From Octopus vulgaris (taxonomy: Eukaryota), in NCBI GenBank assembly GCA_951406725.2, contig OX597821.1, positions 104,098,001 through 104,162,000 on the forward strand: DNA of 64,000 nt, given 5' to 3'. Below are positions 1 to 15,278 of the stretch, piece after piece. Below the pieces are notes generated by a model. The model ran no database searches. It was not told the DNA's origin and was given only the letters and a program-made list of their open reading frames with translations. A program made the translations under genes and the position numbers. Every line of letters begins with the position of its first letter. Position 1 is the stretch's first letter.

Positions 1-76
1 AGGTAGATGAGATATTCTTAAAACTATATATATATATATATATACATATATATATGCGCGCGCGTGTGTATTAAGC

Positions 77-225
77 AATGGTCTTTGATAACAACCTGGC
101 GTTGAATATAAAACAATATGACATATAGATGGCATTGGTATTTCAGCTCCTCTACTTCTGAAGCGTTTGCTCCCGTTTCTTTTCAGCTTTCGCTTTCCCA
201 GTTTTAAAGAGGCATCTGTCTTCAA
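77..225 (-). mobile_element. Degenerate LINE 3' remnant, homologous to 3037-3180
   Basis: Shares aatggtctttga...gttgaata...tttcag.tc.tctact.ctg.agcgtttg.t.ccgtttcttt...ttttaaagag with 3037-3180. Confidence 0.45.
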
Positions 226-841
226 AATATATATCCGCTATATCGTAAATCTACAATGGTTCTATAACCCTCGTCTCGGCTATGAGGTTGGAACCCTGGT
301 AATCTGTTACACCACTTACCCAGCGTACCTAGTCGTTTACATCATCTGTTAACTAAACCCCTATACTACATATATATATATATATAGTAACAAAAGGTAA
401 AATCAATTAATTAACTAGTAATCAATAGTTTCACCAAGTAGAATTCGGCATGAAAAGGGACCATTTCTCGGTAAACTTAAGTAATATTTTATCATTAGGG
501 TTCAACAAAGATTTGCTTTACCACATACCGAAATTTAGAAATATCAGCCAGAGAACCTCTAATTTCCTCTAATTTATATATATAAATAAATATATATATA
601 TATATATATAGTATATATATATATATAAATAAATATATATATATATATACTTCGTTTATATATCCCATTTGCAAGACAATTTGTGTGAATTCGTATGTTG
701 AAACAATGGTTCAATTCCACGTATTTATTAAATATCTGAAAATTTCATCGCTAAAACTCTTTCGTTGTGTGAAATATTTAATCATATTGTGTTTGCTAAT
801 TATATTGGCATGATGACTCTCCATAGAGACAACAATATATA

Positions 842-2456
842 CAGTTGCGGCCAAAATGTTCAGAACGGCATTGTTTTCGCCAGATAAGTTTTTATCAAAG
901 TTGTTTTGTGTTCTATAATTTTCACATACAATAAATACGATATGAATTGTTATTGTCTGAGGTTTCGGTGTAATTTGAGAGGATAATACAAAAGTTATGG
1001 ATGATTTAGTGATTTACTGCAACGCCCATGACGGCCAAAATGATCAGAACGGTTGAAAAAATAACAAAATAATCAAAAATGACAGAGAATACTGGAATTA
1101 TTTAATACTTAGTGTGAAGCCCTTTAGCTTCAATCACACTTTGACATCTTTGACTGCATGAAGAAATTAAATTTTCAAATTCTTGCTAGGTGATCTTATT
1201 CCATTCTTCCTGAAGGGCATTCCATAATTGCTCGGTTGTTTTAGGATTTCTGGCTTTCGAACGTTCGCCTAGAATATTCCACACATTTTCAATAGGATTG
1301 AGATCTAGGCTTTGAGCAGGCCAAACCATAATAATAACCTTTTCAGCCTTGAGGAAGTTCATGACCACCTTAGCCTTGTGACATGGGGGATTGTCCTGCA
1401 TGAATATGGGTGGTCGCTTAGTTGAATTTCTCAGCACAGGCAAGACATAATATTTTACAAGTTGTTCATAAACTCCTGCATTTACCTTTCCGTGTAATCG
1501 CAACAAAGAGCCCACACCATCTCCAGATATCATCCCCCAAACCATGACACTTCCTCCACCGAATTTAACACTAGTCTTAAGGCATTTAGGCGACAATTTT
1601 TCACCTACTTTTCAACGAACGTACCTTTTCCCATCTGAGCCAAATAACATAAACTTAGATTCATCACTGAAATGCACTGTTTGCCATTTTTCTTGAGACC
1701 ACAACACATGTTCGATTGCAAAGATAAGACGACAGTTTTTATTTTTGGATCTGATCAGTGGCTTCAATGCAGGTGATCTTGCTTGTAGGTTATGTTCAAT
1801 TAAACGATGGGACACAGTTTTTCGAGATAACGTTTTCTTCAGTACAATGCTCATTTCCCAAGAAACAGCAGCAGCAGTTTTAAATCTGTCTTTTTAACCA
1901 ACTTTACCATAGCACAATCTTCTCTCTTGGTCGTTTTTCTTAGCCTACCTGTAGACTTTCTTGCTTCATACGAAGCACAATCATCGAATACCTTATCAGT
2001 ACCGTGAACAACACTTTTTGACTTGTTAACAATCTTTGCAATAGACCCAATACTTAAATTATCCTTCTTTCGGAGTTTAATAATCTGCTGACGAATTGGT
2101 AACGGAGTAAGTGGCATTATATAAACAAAGTACACTGCATATATTCTTACTAATGTTTAGTAAACGAACCATCACGTAAACAAATTCAAAACATTAGAGT
2201 TCGCCGGTTAAAAATACTAAAACACGGAGTAAAAGCAACCGTTCTGATCATTTTGGCCGCCATGAGTTTTGCAGTAAATCACTAAATCATCCATAACGTT
2301 TGTATTATCCTCTCAAATTACACCGAAACCTCGGACAATAACAATTGATATTGTATTTATTGTCTGTGAAAATTATAGAATATAAAACCACTTTGATAAA
2401 AACTTATACCTACTTTTCTGGCGAAAACAATGCCGTTCTGAACATTTTGGCTCTAA

Positions 2457-2459
<3 letters not shown>
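842..2459 (-). mobile_element. Tc1-family DNA transposon (DD34E) with ~215-bp IR/DR terminal inverted repeats and TA target-site duplication
   Basis: TIRs 842-1055 and 2236-2459 (CAGTTGCGGCCAAAATGTTCAGAACGG... / ...CCGTTCTGAACATTTTGGCTCTAACTG). TA flanks at 840-841 and 2460-2461. Internal transposase on the minus strand. Confidence 0.95.
1102..2117 (-). pseudogene. Tc1 transposase pseudogene (one frameshift, two premature stops)
   Basis: ORFs 1851-2135, 1612-1854 and 1186-1596 join into an HTH domain, then FSDESKF, GGGSVMVWG, MQDN-(34 aa)-E (PAQSLDLNPIENVW). Reading through TAG at 1186-1188 gives the typical end ...VIEAKGLHTKY*. Confidence 0.93.
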
Positions 2460-2512
<53 letters not shown>

Positions 2513-2692
2513 GAGGGTACTACTATTCATAGATACCAACACGCTAAGATACGTGTTGGTATCTATGAATAGTATAAACTCAATATAATATAAATGAATA
2601 TTTTCAAAGAGGAAGAATTTACGGATTTTTCTCTTACGAGGTTTTTCACGCTGACTACTGATAATTTCTTTTAAAGATTTTATCCTCAATTG

Positions 2693-2742
<50 letters not shown>

Positions 2743-2859
2743 CTAAGTACTAAGTCGATACATTCGACTGCAATTCAAGATGGTGTCCCAGCATGGCCGC
2801 AGAAGATTGACTGAAATGATAAGTATCTTTGTGCATTTCTATAAAGTTGGTCGAAAACG

Positions 2860-3185
2860 AATAGGATATCGACCCGCAATGAGAAGTTAATAACTTACCG
2901 TCATCAGCCATGAACCCTTGCGTTGCCCAGAATGCAATCATCCAGACTCTTGCATTCAGTATCTTCTTTTGCTTCCTTAATCCTCAAAACCATTTGACAG
3001 CCTTTTACTCTCGTCTCCTTAACACTTCCAGTCAGAATGGTCTTTGACAATAACTTGTGGTACGTTGAATAACAAAATATATATATGTTTTGGGGTTTCA
3101 GTTCTTCTACTGCTGCAGCGTTTGTTACCGTTTCTTTCCAGCCAATCGGTGAAAGCTCCACATTTTAAAGAGACATATATCTTAT
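2860..3185 (-). mobile_element. Degenerate RTE-clade LINE 3' remnant
   Basis: Translation IGWKETVTN...LSKTILTGSVKETRVKG...IKEA resembles the RTE C-terminal pattern (ISWxDRVTN...LxKTILxGxVxGxRxRGR). Confidence 0.5.
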
Positions 3186-3236
3186 TTATTGTTCTGTAAA
3201 CTATTCAAGGTTCTTACCAGTAGATAACAGCTGGTA

Positions 3237-3786
3237 TTGGGTTGTCCGAAAGTTCGTGTCGAATTTTTAAGGAAAGGAAAAGGTCAATAAATACTTGCCA
3301 TTATCTTTTTAACAACCAAACATGAACCATTTTGCTGCACAATGCGTCTCCATCTTTCCTCTAACTTGTAAATACCCTCTTCCTAGAATTGAGGTGGTTT
3401 CATGGCAAAGAATTCAATAAGGTATTTTTTTACGTCATCCAAGGAATTGAAATTTTTTCCCATTAAGACAATTCTGCAGACACCTGAATAATTGGAAATC
3501 CAAAGGAGCCATATCTGGTGAAGATGAAGGGTGGGCTAACATATCCCAGCCGAGCTGAAGCAATTTTTGTCTGGTTCCCAAAGCATCAAGTGCCGAAAAC
3601 TAATCTTTCTCATCGTCCATTTTAAAGGGTCACAAAATTACCACATGTTATAGGAACATAAACATTCTTCCACGAAATGATAGCTTAAAATGTGCTCTAA
3701 TTGGAGGTATTCAAATCCAACCATGTTGTAAAATAAATCGAAAGGCAAGCTACTATAAATCGGCACGAACTTTCTGGACAACCCAA
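3237..3786 (-). mobile_element. Internally deleted mariner element
   Basis: TIRs TTGGGTTGTCCGAAAGTTCGTG / CACGAACTTTCTGGACAACCCAA with TA flanks. The minus strand retains WDMLAHPSSSPDMAPLDFQLF (mariner HPPYSPDLAPxDY motif) and the C-terminus. Confidence 0.88.
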
Positions 3787-5099
3787 TATAACATGTTTAT
3801 TAGTTTCAGTTTTAGGTGTAGTGTTAAGTCTTTTGAGGTGAACAGCTTTTTCGTTCTCATTAATCATGCATTAGAGTTATTTATTCTTTGAACGATTAAG
3901 ACACACGAAACGTTAATAATTTGCAATATCTTGATGTAATAAATGCATAAATGAATGCAATGTTTATACAATGCAGAGATTTAAAATAAAGGAGATATCA
4001 ATGAATATAATATAGATTGTGAAAGATGAAAAATTAATCAGTTGAAAACTTAAACCATGGATGTAAACATAATGCAGGTATGATAGAATATAAATTTGTG
4101 TTTATCCAAATGTAGGCTTTCAAATGATTAATGATTATATCTCGCAATGTTCTTGCAAATTTTCGGGTTTGTAATCGATAGCGGATCAGTGTGCTCAAAA
4201 ATGTATTGAGTCTAACTCCGCTGACCAGCAAAATAACACAACCACACATTCGTCCACAACATGCACACCGCGCACAAACTCACACATACCTCTAGAGAGA
4301 CATACATACACACACTTACATCCTAATATGCAGTCACCCATTTACACACATCTTGATTGAAGACAATTAAACTGTCCTGGTTGAGCGTGTAAATGGAGGC
4401 AAAAGAATTCTGTTAAACCAGCTGGCTGATTAACTGGTCAAAAAATTAATCAATTACTCAAATAACCGATTAGTTAATTGATTGAATGGCTAACGAGTAA
4501 ACTATTAACAATAATATTAATTTGTGCAATGTGTACGTGACCTGAAATTTCGGGGAAGGAGACTAGTTTAATACAACGACCCCAGTCTCTGGTTGGTATT
4601 TATTTCACTGGCCCCGAAAGGATGGAAGGCAAAGTCGAACTCGGGTGAATGAAAATTTAAGACGTAGCTACAGGTGACGTACAGCTAAGTATTGCATCCA
4701 GCACGGCACCTTTTCTGCTATTAACAGTTATAACAAAACGAAGTAATATAGAATTAGTGCGCAAAATGACCCTCAGCGTATACAATAACACACACACATA
4801 CACGCACACACACACACATACACACACACTCACACAAATGCACGCACATATATGCATTTGCATTATGTCGATTCGGATTCGCATTGCTCAGACTTACACA
4901 GGAGTACCAAATGAAACTGCATATCATGAACCTGGATAACGGTGTATGGTGTTGATGCAGGGAATTGCTCAGTGCTAGTGTGTGGGGAATGTTGTGGTGT
5001 GGCATGGTGGTGTGGTGGTGTAGTGTATGTGCGTGTGTGTGTGTGTGTGTGGCTTAGAAGTTTGTATCAATAAAGAGAGGAGGCAGGTATGACTGGAGA

Positions 5100-5470
5100 C
5101 AGGAACTAGGTGTCAGATGAAGAGAGGAAGGGAGTTGAGTCCATGTTGTGCAAAGGAGCGAAGAGAGATTAACTCTTGTTCACAGTGAAGGCTGGGAACC
5201 GGATGGTTCCTGTGCAAAGACAGTCGGAACAAAGACAGATTTTATAGTGAATGACTTGAGGAGTGGAAATGGCGCGAGACCGACATGGCATTGCTGAGCC
5301 CGATTTCTCGGAGGCGCTCCGGGAACAGGTCAGCTAAAGGGCGTCTCGATTGACCGATGTACAGGGAAGGGAAGAAGGAGCAGGCCATGCAGTAAATGAC
5401 GTTACTAGATGTGCAGGTAAATGAGTCGGTAATGTGACAAGGATGATGATGGGTATCTGTGAAGATGGTG
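5100..5470 (-). mobile_element. Penelope-like element remnant, GIY-YIG endonuclease region
   Basis: FTCTSSNVIYCMACSFFPSLYIGQSRRPLADLFPERLREI...VSRHF matches the PLE GIY-YIG pattern. It is followed on the minus strand by a CA-rich tract, as in the copies at 52-58 kb. Confidence 0.85.
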
Positions 5471-5479
5471 GCGTTGGAA

Positions 5480-5983
5480 AGGTTGGCACAGTACGGCATT
5501 AAGGCGTTAAATGGCATAAGAAATGTGCTCAAGGGAAGGTTGGACAGGACCACCCGCGCCAACCTCATTAACAGTGCAGTTCTGCCTGCAATGTTATATG
5601 GTAGTGAAACATGTGCTACCACAAAGAGAGAAGAGCAAAGACTGGCAACGGCTCAAAGAGCAATAGAAAGGTCAATGCTTGGTATCTCGTTGAGAGAGCA
5701 CATAAGTAGCAAGACCATCAGAAAGAAGTCCGGCGTGAGAGATGTCATCGCAGAGTATACACGCAGCAAGTATAGCAAGTATAGATGGGCTGGACACGTC
5801 GCCCGGCTCACCGATAATCGGTGGACGCACGCAGTTGCCGAGTGGTACCCGCGTGAGCGGAAAAGACCACCCGGAAGGCCTCCACGACGGTGGAATTACG
5901 ATTTCAGGAGGACGATTGGGATCACGTGGATGAGAAAGACGCGATCCAGAGAGGAGTGGACGGCAGTCAAAGTGAACAAGTGA
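5480..5983 (+). mobile_element. 5'-truncated RTE-clade LINE, C-terminal ORF segment still open
   Basis: LINSAVLPAMLYGSET...AQRAIERSMLGISL...KYRWAGHVARLTDNRWT...WYPRERKRPPGRPPRRW is the classic RTE C-terminus. It ends directly in (TA)n. Confidence 0.92.
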
Positions 5984-5985
5984 TA

Positions 5986-6016
<31 letters not shown>

Positions 6017-6532
6017 TGATCCATATTTGTAATTCCCAATAAAAATGTTGAGTGCCCTTCTTTCGTTTGTTCACTTGCTCGTCTATATATATTAGCAATA
6101 CCAGCGAAATATCGTTGATTGATTTGCTGTATCGTTGGCAAGATTTACGCTTCGTACATCGCTGGCAGTGAGTTCATGCGTATCTCATAATCTCCGCAAC
6201 CCTTGCTAGTATGATAGGAGGGTTTTGCTTTGCTTCCGATATTTTGAGTCATCTGACAGAGAATGTCGATAATAATTAGTATCTGTGGACAAACAACGAA
6301 ATAAATTGTCTTTTGGTGATGTATCTGCAATGTTTACAAATTTCCGTGTTTCTCGCCATCCCCTGGCAACCGTTGCTGTCGTGTTTATGGCCCCGTAACT
6401 AGGCTTACAAAGAATAAGTCCAAGCGTCAATTTGTACGACTAAAGGCCGTGCTCCAGCTTAACCGCACTCAAAATGATTGAAACGTAAAAGTATAGAAAA
6501 ATGAATACACACACACGCACTAGCACACACAG

Positions 6533-6587
<55 letters not shown>

Positions 6588-6700
6588 CCTTTTTATATAA
6601 TGTCCATAATCTTTGAAAATTTCCTGGTGGGTTTATGCTGCTGTTTAGTGTCCTGGCAAATGAATCATTACAGACGTGCACACATACACAAATACGTGCA

Positions 6701-6742
<42 letters not shown>

Positions 6743-7290
6743 ACATACACACACTTACACACACACACACACAGACACACACACACATACATACCACATA
6801 GACACGCACACACGGACACAACACACACACATGTACACTGCCGCAGAAAAACACACACATATACAAGCACAACAAAAATGGCGATATCTACGTAGCCTCT
6901 AGTCTTTCATTATAAATGTGCATTACGTAAGCATTTTTATTTAAATTTGCAAACATGCGCTCACATACACCATACATATACAGAGCCAAACGGCACAAAT
7001 AAATTTCCATTCGTAGTAATCTTGCACACGCCTAGAGAATCTGATTTCGAACGAAACATGCGCTTATTAAATATAATCCCCCTTTGCTCCAAACTCATAC
7101 AGGCATGAACAGAGCTTCCGCATTAAAAATATACATACATACACACATACATACATTCATACATACATACATACATATATACATACATACATTCAAAAAT
7201 GCATACATGCATACGTGCATACACACGCATACATATGTATACATGCATACATATATGTATGTATATATTTATATATATTCATATATGAAC

Positions 7291-7327
<37 letters not shown>

Positions 7328-7373
7328 AATATATATATATGTACATATCTATGTAATTGTGCATATATATCTA

Positions 7374-7409
<36 letters not shown>

Positions 7410-7497
7410 CATGTATATATAGATATCTATATCTATATATATATGTATATATGGTTATCTATCTATCTATGTATCTATCTTTCTATCTCTGTCTCTG

Positions 7498-7542
<45 letters not shown>

Positions 7543-7939
7543 TGACGCATGTATATATTTAAGTGCACGCGTACGTATGTGTGTTTGCGTATGTAAACGC
7601 AATCATTCATGTTTGTAAAATGCACCAAAAACATCCTTATGCATTTGTGGCAAACTTGCACAAATGGACTCATAGACATGGACACATACTCCGTGAACAT
7701 GTGGTATTTTACAGCTGACATATAGCCACATGTACACACACATTCATTACGCAAACGAGCATTCATGTTAAACATGCATATTAAATTGGCGCTCTCTTAA
7801 TCATAGGTACAAACAGCAAACATGCAGAGATATAATAATAGTCTTTCGTAGCAGGAAACACGCATATACAAAAACAATGATTCGCAGAAAATATTGACAC
7901 AACGAAATTCAAATCTGCAATCTAGAACATAACAGGAAT

Positions 7940-8024
7940 ATCGATCAAATGCCAAAGTTAGAACCGTAAGCACACACAGACATCAGTTAAAACGAGTGCT
8001 CAGATAACCTGATTTTATCATCGT
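7940..8024 (+). repeat. Left arm of an exact 85-bp inverted repeat (partner 11345-11429)
   Basis: Base-by-base comparison shows 7940-8024 is the reverse complement of 11345-11429. Confidence 0.95.
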
Positions 8025-8079
8025 CACATGCTAGAAATATCTCGTTAATGTTTAAAGTTTGGAAGCGTTCAGGCGGTTT

Positions 8080-10122
<2,043 letters not shown>

Positions 10123-11344
10123 GCCCTCACACAGAGGCTCACACACGTACACACTCACACACGCACACACATATATAACTGTTTTTTTTTTTTGCTTTTT
10201 GAAATACGTTTGTATAGAAAACATTTCTATAATCATAGAGAGCCATCGAAACTACCGATAAAGATATCATCAATGATGAAAATGGTGTTTCCTTTTTTTT
10301 CATAGATCGATTCGCCAGAAAAAGGCAAATAAAGAAATAAAGAAATACCTAAAAAGCTTAACAAAGCAAAATAACAAAAAAAAAAAAAAACCAACAAAAA
10401 CTATGTGATATTATCTCTTACAATGGGAATATATTATTTATATTTTTTTACATCGTGTTTTCCTTTGTATTTTCGTTTCCTTTCATATCAACTATATAGC
10501 AATTATGGCAAGTAGTATTTGTGTGACCTAAGTGATCTTTCGCTTTTGCTTACTAACAACCCGCTGGGATTTTTTCCTTTCTTATTCTGTTCTCTCTAGC
10601 TGTTCTTCAACGATATTATAACTGCATTTGTTTTAGCTTGTTTCTTCTTTTCTTACTCGAGTAACCATTTAATGTTTGTTGCTTGTTTCTTCGTTACTTC
10701 ATCCACCTCATACAAATTGGAGGCGAGTATTCCTGCTAATAATAACAGCCAAATCACATAATAACGATGAATTCTATATGTATTCTTATTACGTTCCAGG
10801 CAATTTGAACCTGGATATGCTAAACAATGATGCGTTTGACACAGAACAATTTATTTACAGAGAATGTGTGTTTATAACACATTCAATTTAATAATGCAAG
10901 GGATTCTGGAAATCGGTGTTTCGCCAACATTGTGTAGCATCAGCCAGAAACATCCCCAGATACATTTTCACGTTTTTGAAATAGGAAGTTCATGTTGGGT
11001 TATGTGATTAGTGTAACACTGCGTAGAAAACAAACAGTCAATGTTGCAATTCCTGTATTCATATCACTGTTAATCATGTCCCCTTTAGGGAGCTGCGAAG
11101 CCCTAAATTCATCCTTATCCAGCCAACTGAGATTGAGAAAGCTGTGACCGATCTCGCATTGTGCAGCCATATCTCTCGTAAATCTTTCACCCTAACGTGT
11201 TAAAGAACGAAGCATTAGATTTGTGTTTCATACAGTAGAGGACAGATTCGTGTGGACAGAAATGTTGGAAGTAATGCCGTGTCTCATGATTGGAGGATGC
11301 TTGTAAAAATGTTTAAAATTGACAATACCACGGCGAAGGGGGGT

Positions 11345-11429
11345 ACGATGATAAAATCAGGTTATCTGAGCACTCGTTTTAACTGATGTCTGTGTGTGCT
11401 TACGGTTCTAACTTTGGCATTTGATCGAT
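11345..11429 (-). repeat. Right arm of the exact 85-bp inverted repeat (partner 7940-8024)
   Basis: acgatgataaaatcagg...ggcatttgatcgat is the reverse complement of 7940-8024. Confidence 0.95.
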
Positions 11430-12922
11430 CATTTTATTTTTTATTCCATTAATCATGACGTAGTGCAGACTATTGTAAACTTTGGATTGGTATAACTTGT
11501 ATTCCTTTATTTGAGTAACTCTGCATTGTTTAACAACACTGTATGTGTAAAACCAGACGGTCATGGTTGGCACCACTTTGATTCCAGCTTTACTCGATCT
11601 GGCTCATATGAGATTAAACTACAAAAGCAAAGACAACAGCAAACAAGTTCCTCTGTATGCTCGTTATATTTACGAGTTATGTCAAAGGTCATACTTCATA
11701 GAGCAAAGAGCTTATCTTTAGTAGACTAATTTACTTACGAACTTTTGGTTATTATTTAGCATTTGTCTTGTAATCAACAATTAATGTAGAGAGTTTTATC
11801 TTTATTTTCCATTCCGTTAAACTAATGCAAGAACATTATTTCCACCAATATGCCATTGATAGTATTATTCTGTTCTAAATACAAGGATAATTTACTGATT
11901 TTGATAATTAGCTTGTTGTTCCTTAGATGATGGTTATTGGAATAATCTTCCATATGTTATGTTCAGAGAAATAAAATTTATAAAATATAAATCCTCTTAT
12001 AGGATAAAGTTACTATGTCAGACGAAGTAAATTTATTCCATGCTGTAATGTTGTTAATCTTTCACCAATTAATGATGTAACAGAACTCAGTTAATTAATG
12101 CGACGTAATGTCTTCTATGTATTATAGGAATAACAATAAACAAGTCTACATTTAACTTGACCTCATGAAACCGCTGGTCATTGGCTGCAGACGGTTTAAT
12201 CGAATATATTTCCCTTCTTTAACAAGTGCGTGTGTTCAAATCATAAAGTTACAAATCAATTATTGTTGAGGGTTTCGATTGAATATTCTTAGATATATTT
12301 ATAAGTATTTTATAGTACACCACAAGATGGAAATATGTTGAAAATTTAAACTGAATTTAACTCGTTATGGATTCTTTATATAAGTGGTAATTCACGTCAT
12401 TAATAATCTTAGAAAAACCATGACTGCCTCAGATTCCCTCCATCATCTTTTCCCCTCTAGACCTGAAGAATAATCAAAGAAAATCGACGCTGGATTGGTA
12501 GAAACATTATAGCGTCATTGAAATACTTTGCGTTACTTGTTCTGAATCTTTGCGTTCTTATTTCAAATCGAAGTCAGCTTACCCTTTTATCCGTTCGGGA
12601 TCGATAACATAACGTACCAGTCTAGTCCTGGGACCGATGAAATCAACAAAAACTTTTTCCTCCAAACTGCAGCATCTGTGTCAAAACTGTAAACCATTAT
12701 TATTACAATGCTGACCGATGTTTGGCAGTCAGAAACTGGAAGTCCACTGAATGTATACATTTATACAAACACATACACACACATTCACACACACATGTAT
12801 ATTTACATGGTATATGGAGGTGTATATATATGCATGCATGGAATATGTATGTATATATGTATGCCTATCTATTTATCTATCTATCTATATATATATATAT
12901 GTATATGTATATGTATATGTAT

Positions 12923-12985
<63 letters not shown>

Positions 12986-13152
12986 TATATACATATATAT
13001 ATATATATAAACATGTGTGTCTCAGTTACCATCGCCACCACCACTTCACAACCGATGCTGGTTTGTTAATTTGTTCTAGGTAAATTAGTGCTTCTGCAGG
13101 AGAGAACAAACTATTGTCTAGCGCTTCTTTTTGTTCATTTCTTTCTTCCTTG

Positions 13153-13209
<57 letters not shown>

Positions 13210-13477
13210 TTCCTTTGCTTTCAATTTAGTTTCAATTTAGACAATCCAATGCGGAACTCTAGACTGACCACTGGCAAATGGCTGAAACAAATAAAAGTTA
13301 ACAGGTAGAAGCTAGTACTGAGTCGAAGTGATATGATATTCCAAAGTATGTAACTACTATACTGAAGTACGTACAATCTACCTGTAATTTCAACTAAGAA
13401 AGAAGCTCTTCACTTGCTCAGCGTCTCTGAGACAATTTATTCTATCAGCGACAACAACGGGTATATGGTATTTATGC

Positions 13478-13508
<31 letters not shown>

Positions 13509-13776
13509 GCTTATTTCCATACAAATAAGCTGGTAATGCTATTATGTAGACCTAAGGTCCTATGCTCATTAAACATAGGTAATTACAATGAAGATAATAT
13601 TTTAGATTTGACTACCTATTGATACTAATGACCAACTTTCTGTGGCATATAACGAAGCAATGCAGATAGGAAACAAAATTATTTCACTCCCAGATAACAA
13701 TACTTATGGGTATGTATCATACACATACATAGATGCATACACGCACACATACACATACAGGTACACATGCGCACCC

Positions 13777-13856
<80 letters not shown>

Positions 13857-14247
13857 TATATATATATATACATGTATATATATATATTTACATATATATA
13901 TATGTATATATATATATATACATATATATATGTATTCTAACACACGTGCGCCTATATGTATATATAAATATATACACATGTGCATGTGTACACTTTACTT
14001 ATATATGTGTGTGCACACACTACTTATATATATATACATTAATATATATATATATTTATATACATAAACATTTATTTATATACATAATACATTTATTTAT
14101 ATACATAATACATTTATTTATATACATAAACAACACATTATATATGCTCACACACTGACAATTACGCACATAGACATATATGAATGCATGTAAATATATA
14201 TTTATTTACACACACACACACACATACACACACATACACACACACTC

Positions 14248-14316
<69 letters not shown>

Positions 14317-15278
14317 CATGTATATATTCATACAAACATGTTTATTAGATTAATAAATGGCACAGAACGGAACAGAGCAACAGAACAGAGAAACATAATT
14401 ACGTTTTGCTTTTCGGCAACTGAAGCAATATTAAGGAGACAGATTTCGGTGAAGAATTACACCTGGGGATAACATACATAATTTGGCTTTCGCTTCCGCT
14501 TTTCCACTTCTGAGAACATTTCCAGTTTACTATTTATGTAATAAATAATGGCTGCTTGCTTCTAAAACGATAGTGTAAAACAGCCTATACGAGAAGAAAG
14601 AGCAAATCCAGTACTATCACTAACATATAAATAATATACTAGTTAGTCGTATCGATTCCTTGTCTAATGTCCAGTGAATTTATTGTTCGATTACCTCTTT
14701 TGACTTTGGTTTGCAAACTTATTTTATCGTGGAAACCTTGTATAATGGTTAAAATATCGATCAACGAATTTCTAAGCTGCAAGCGTGCCTGCGTGGTGCG
14801 ATGCTTGCTTCTCAACTATACATATCAATCCCAGTTCAAGTGTTTTTTGCTCTAACTCACAAGTATTTGCTGACCAAATACTTGTGAGTGGAACTGGTAC
14901 AAGTATGGTATTTCATAGGTCTATGATTTCACACAGTTCCCTCTACCAAATTCCCTCAAAGAAATATTCCACCTTCAGTTATAGAAAATACGTTCTCAAG
15001 TTGCCGTGCAGTAGGTGTTGAACCCGAAACAATCTGGCTTCAAGGTGTGCTTTTTAAGCACTCTGCCATATGGCTATATCAACAGCCATTATATATGATT
15101 TAATCGTACCTATTCCTCTGACCGTGAGTATTTATTTTATCAATCCCGAGAGGATGAAAGGAAAAGATGACTTAAGAGAAACTTGATTTCAGAGCGTTTG
15201 GATAGGTGAGTTGCCTCTAAGCATTCTTCCCAGTGTGCTAGTGATTCAACCGCCTCGCCGCCTTCATAGATCCACGTA

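Noticed and set aside
11236-11386. Short open frame after an acceptor-like site (...[11 protein letters not shown]...), faintly like a PH-domain start
   Set aside because: About 50 codons, no convincing splice donor and no recognisable homology.
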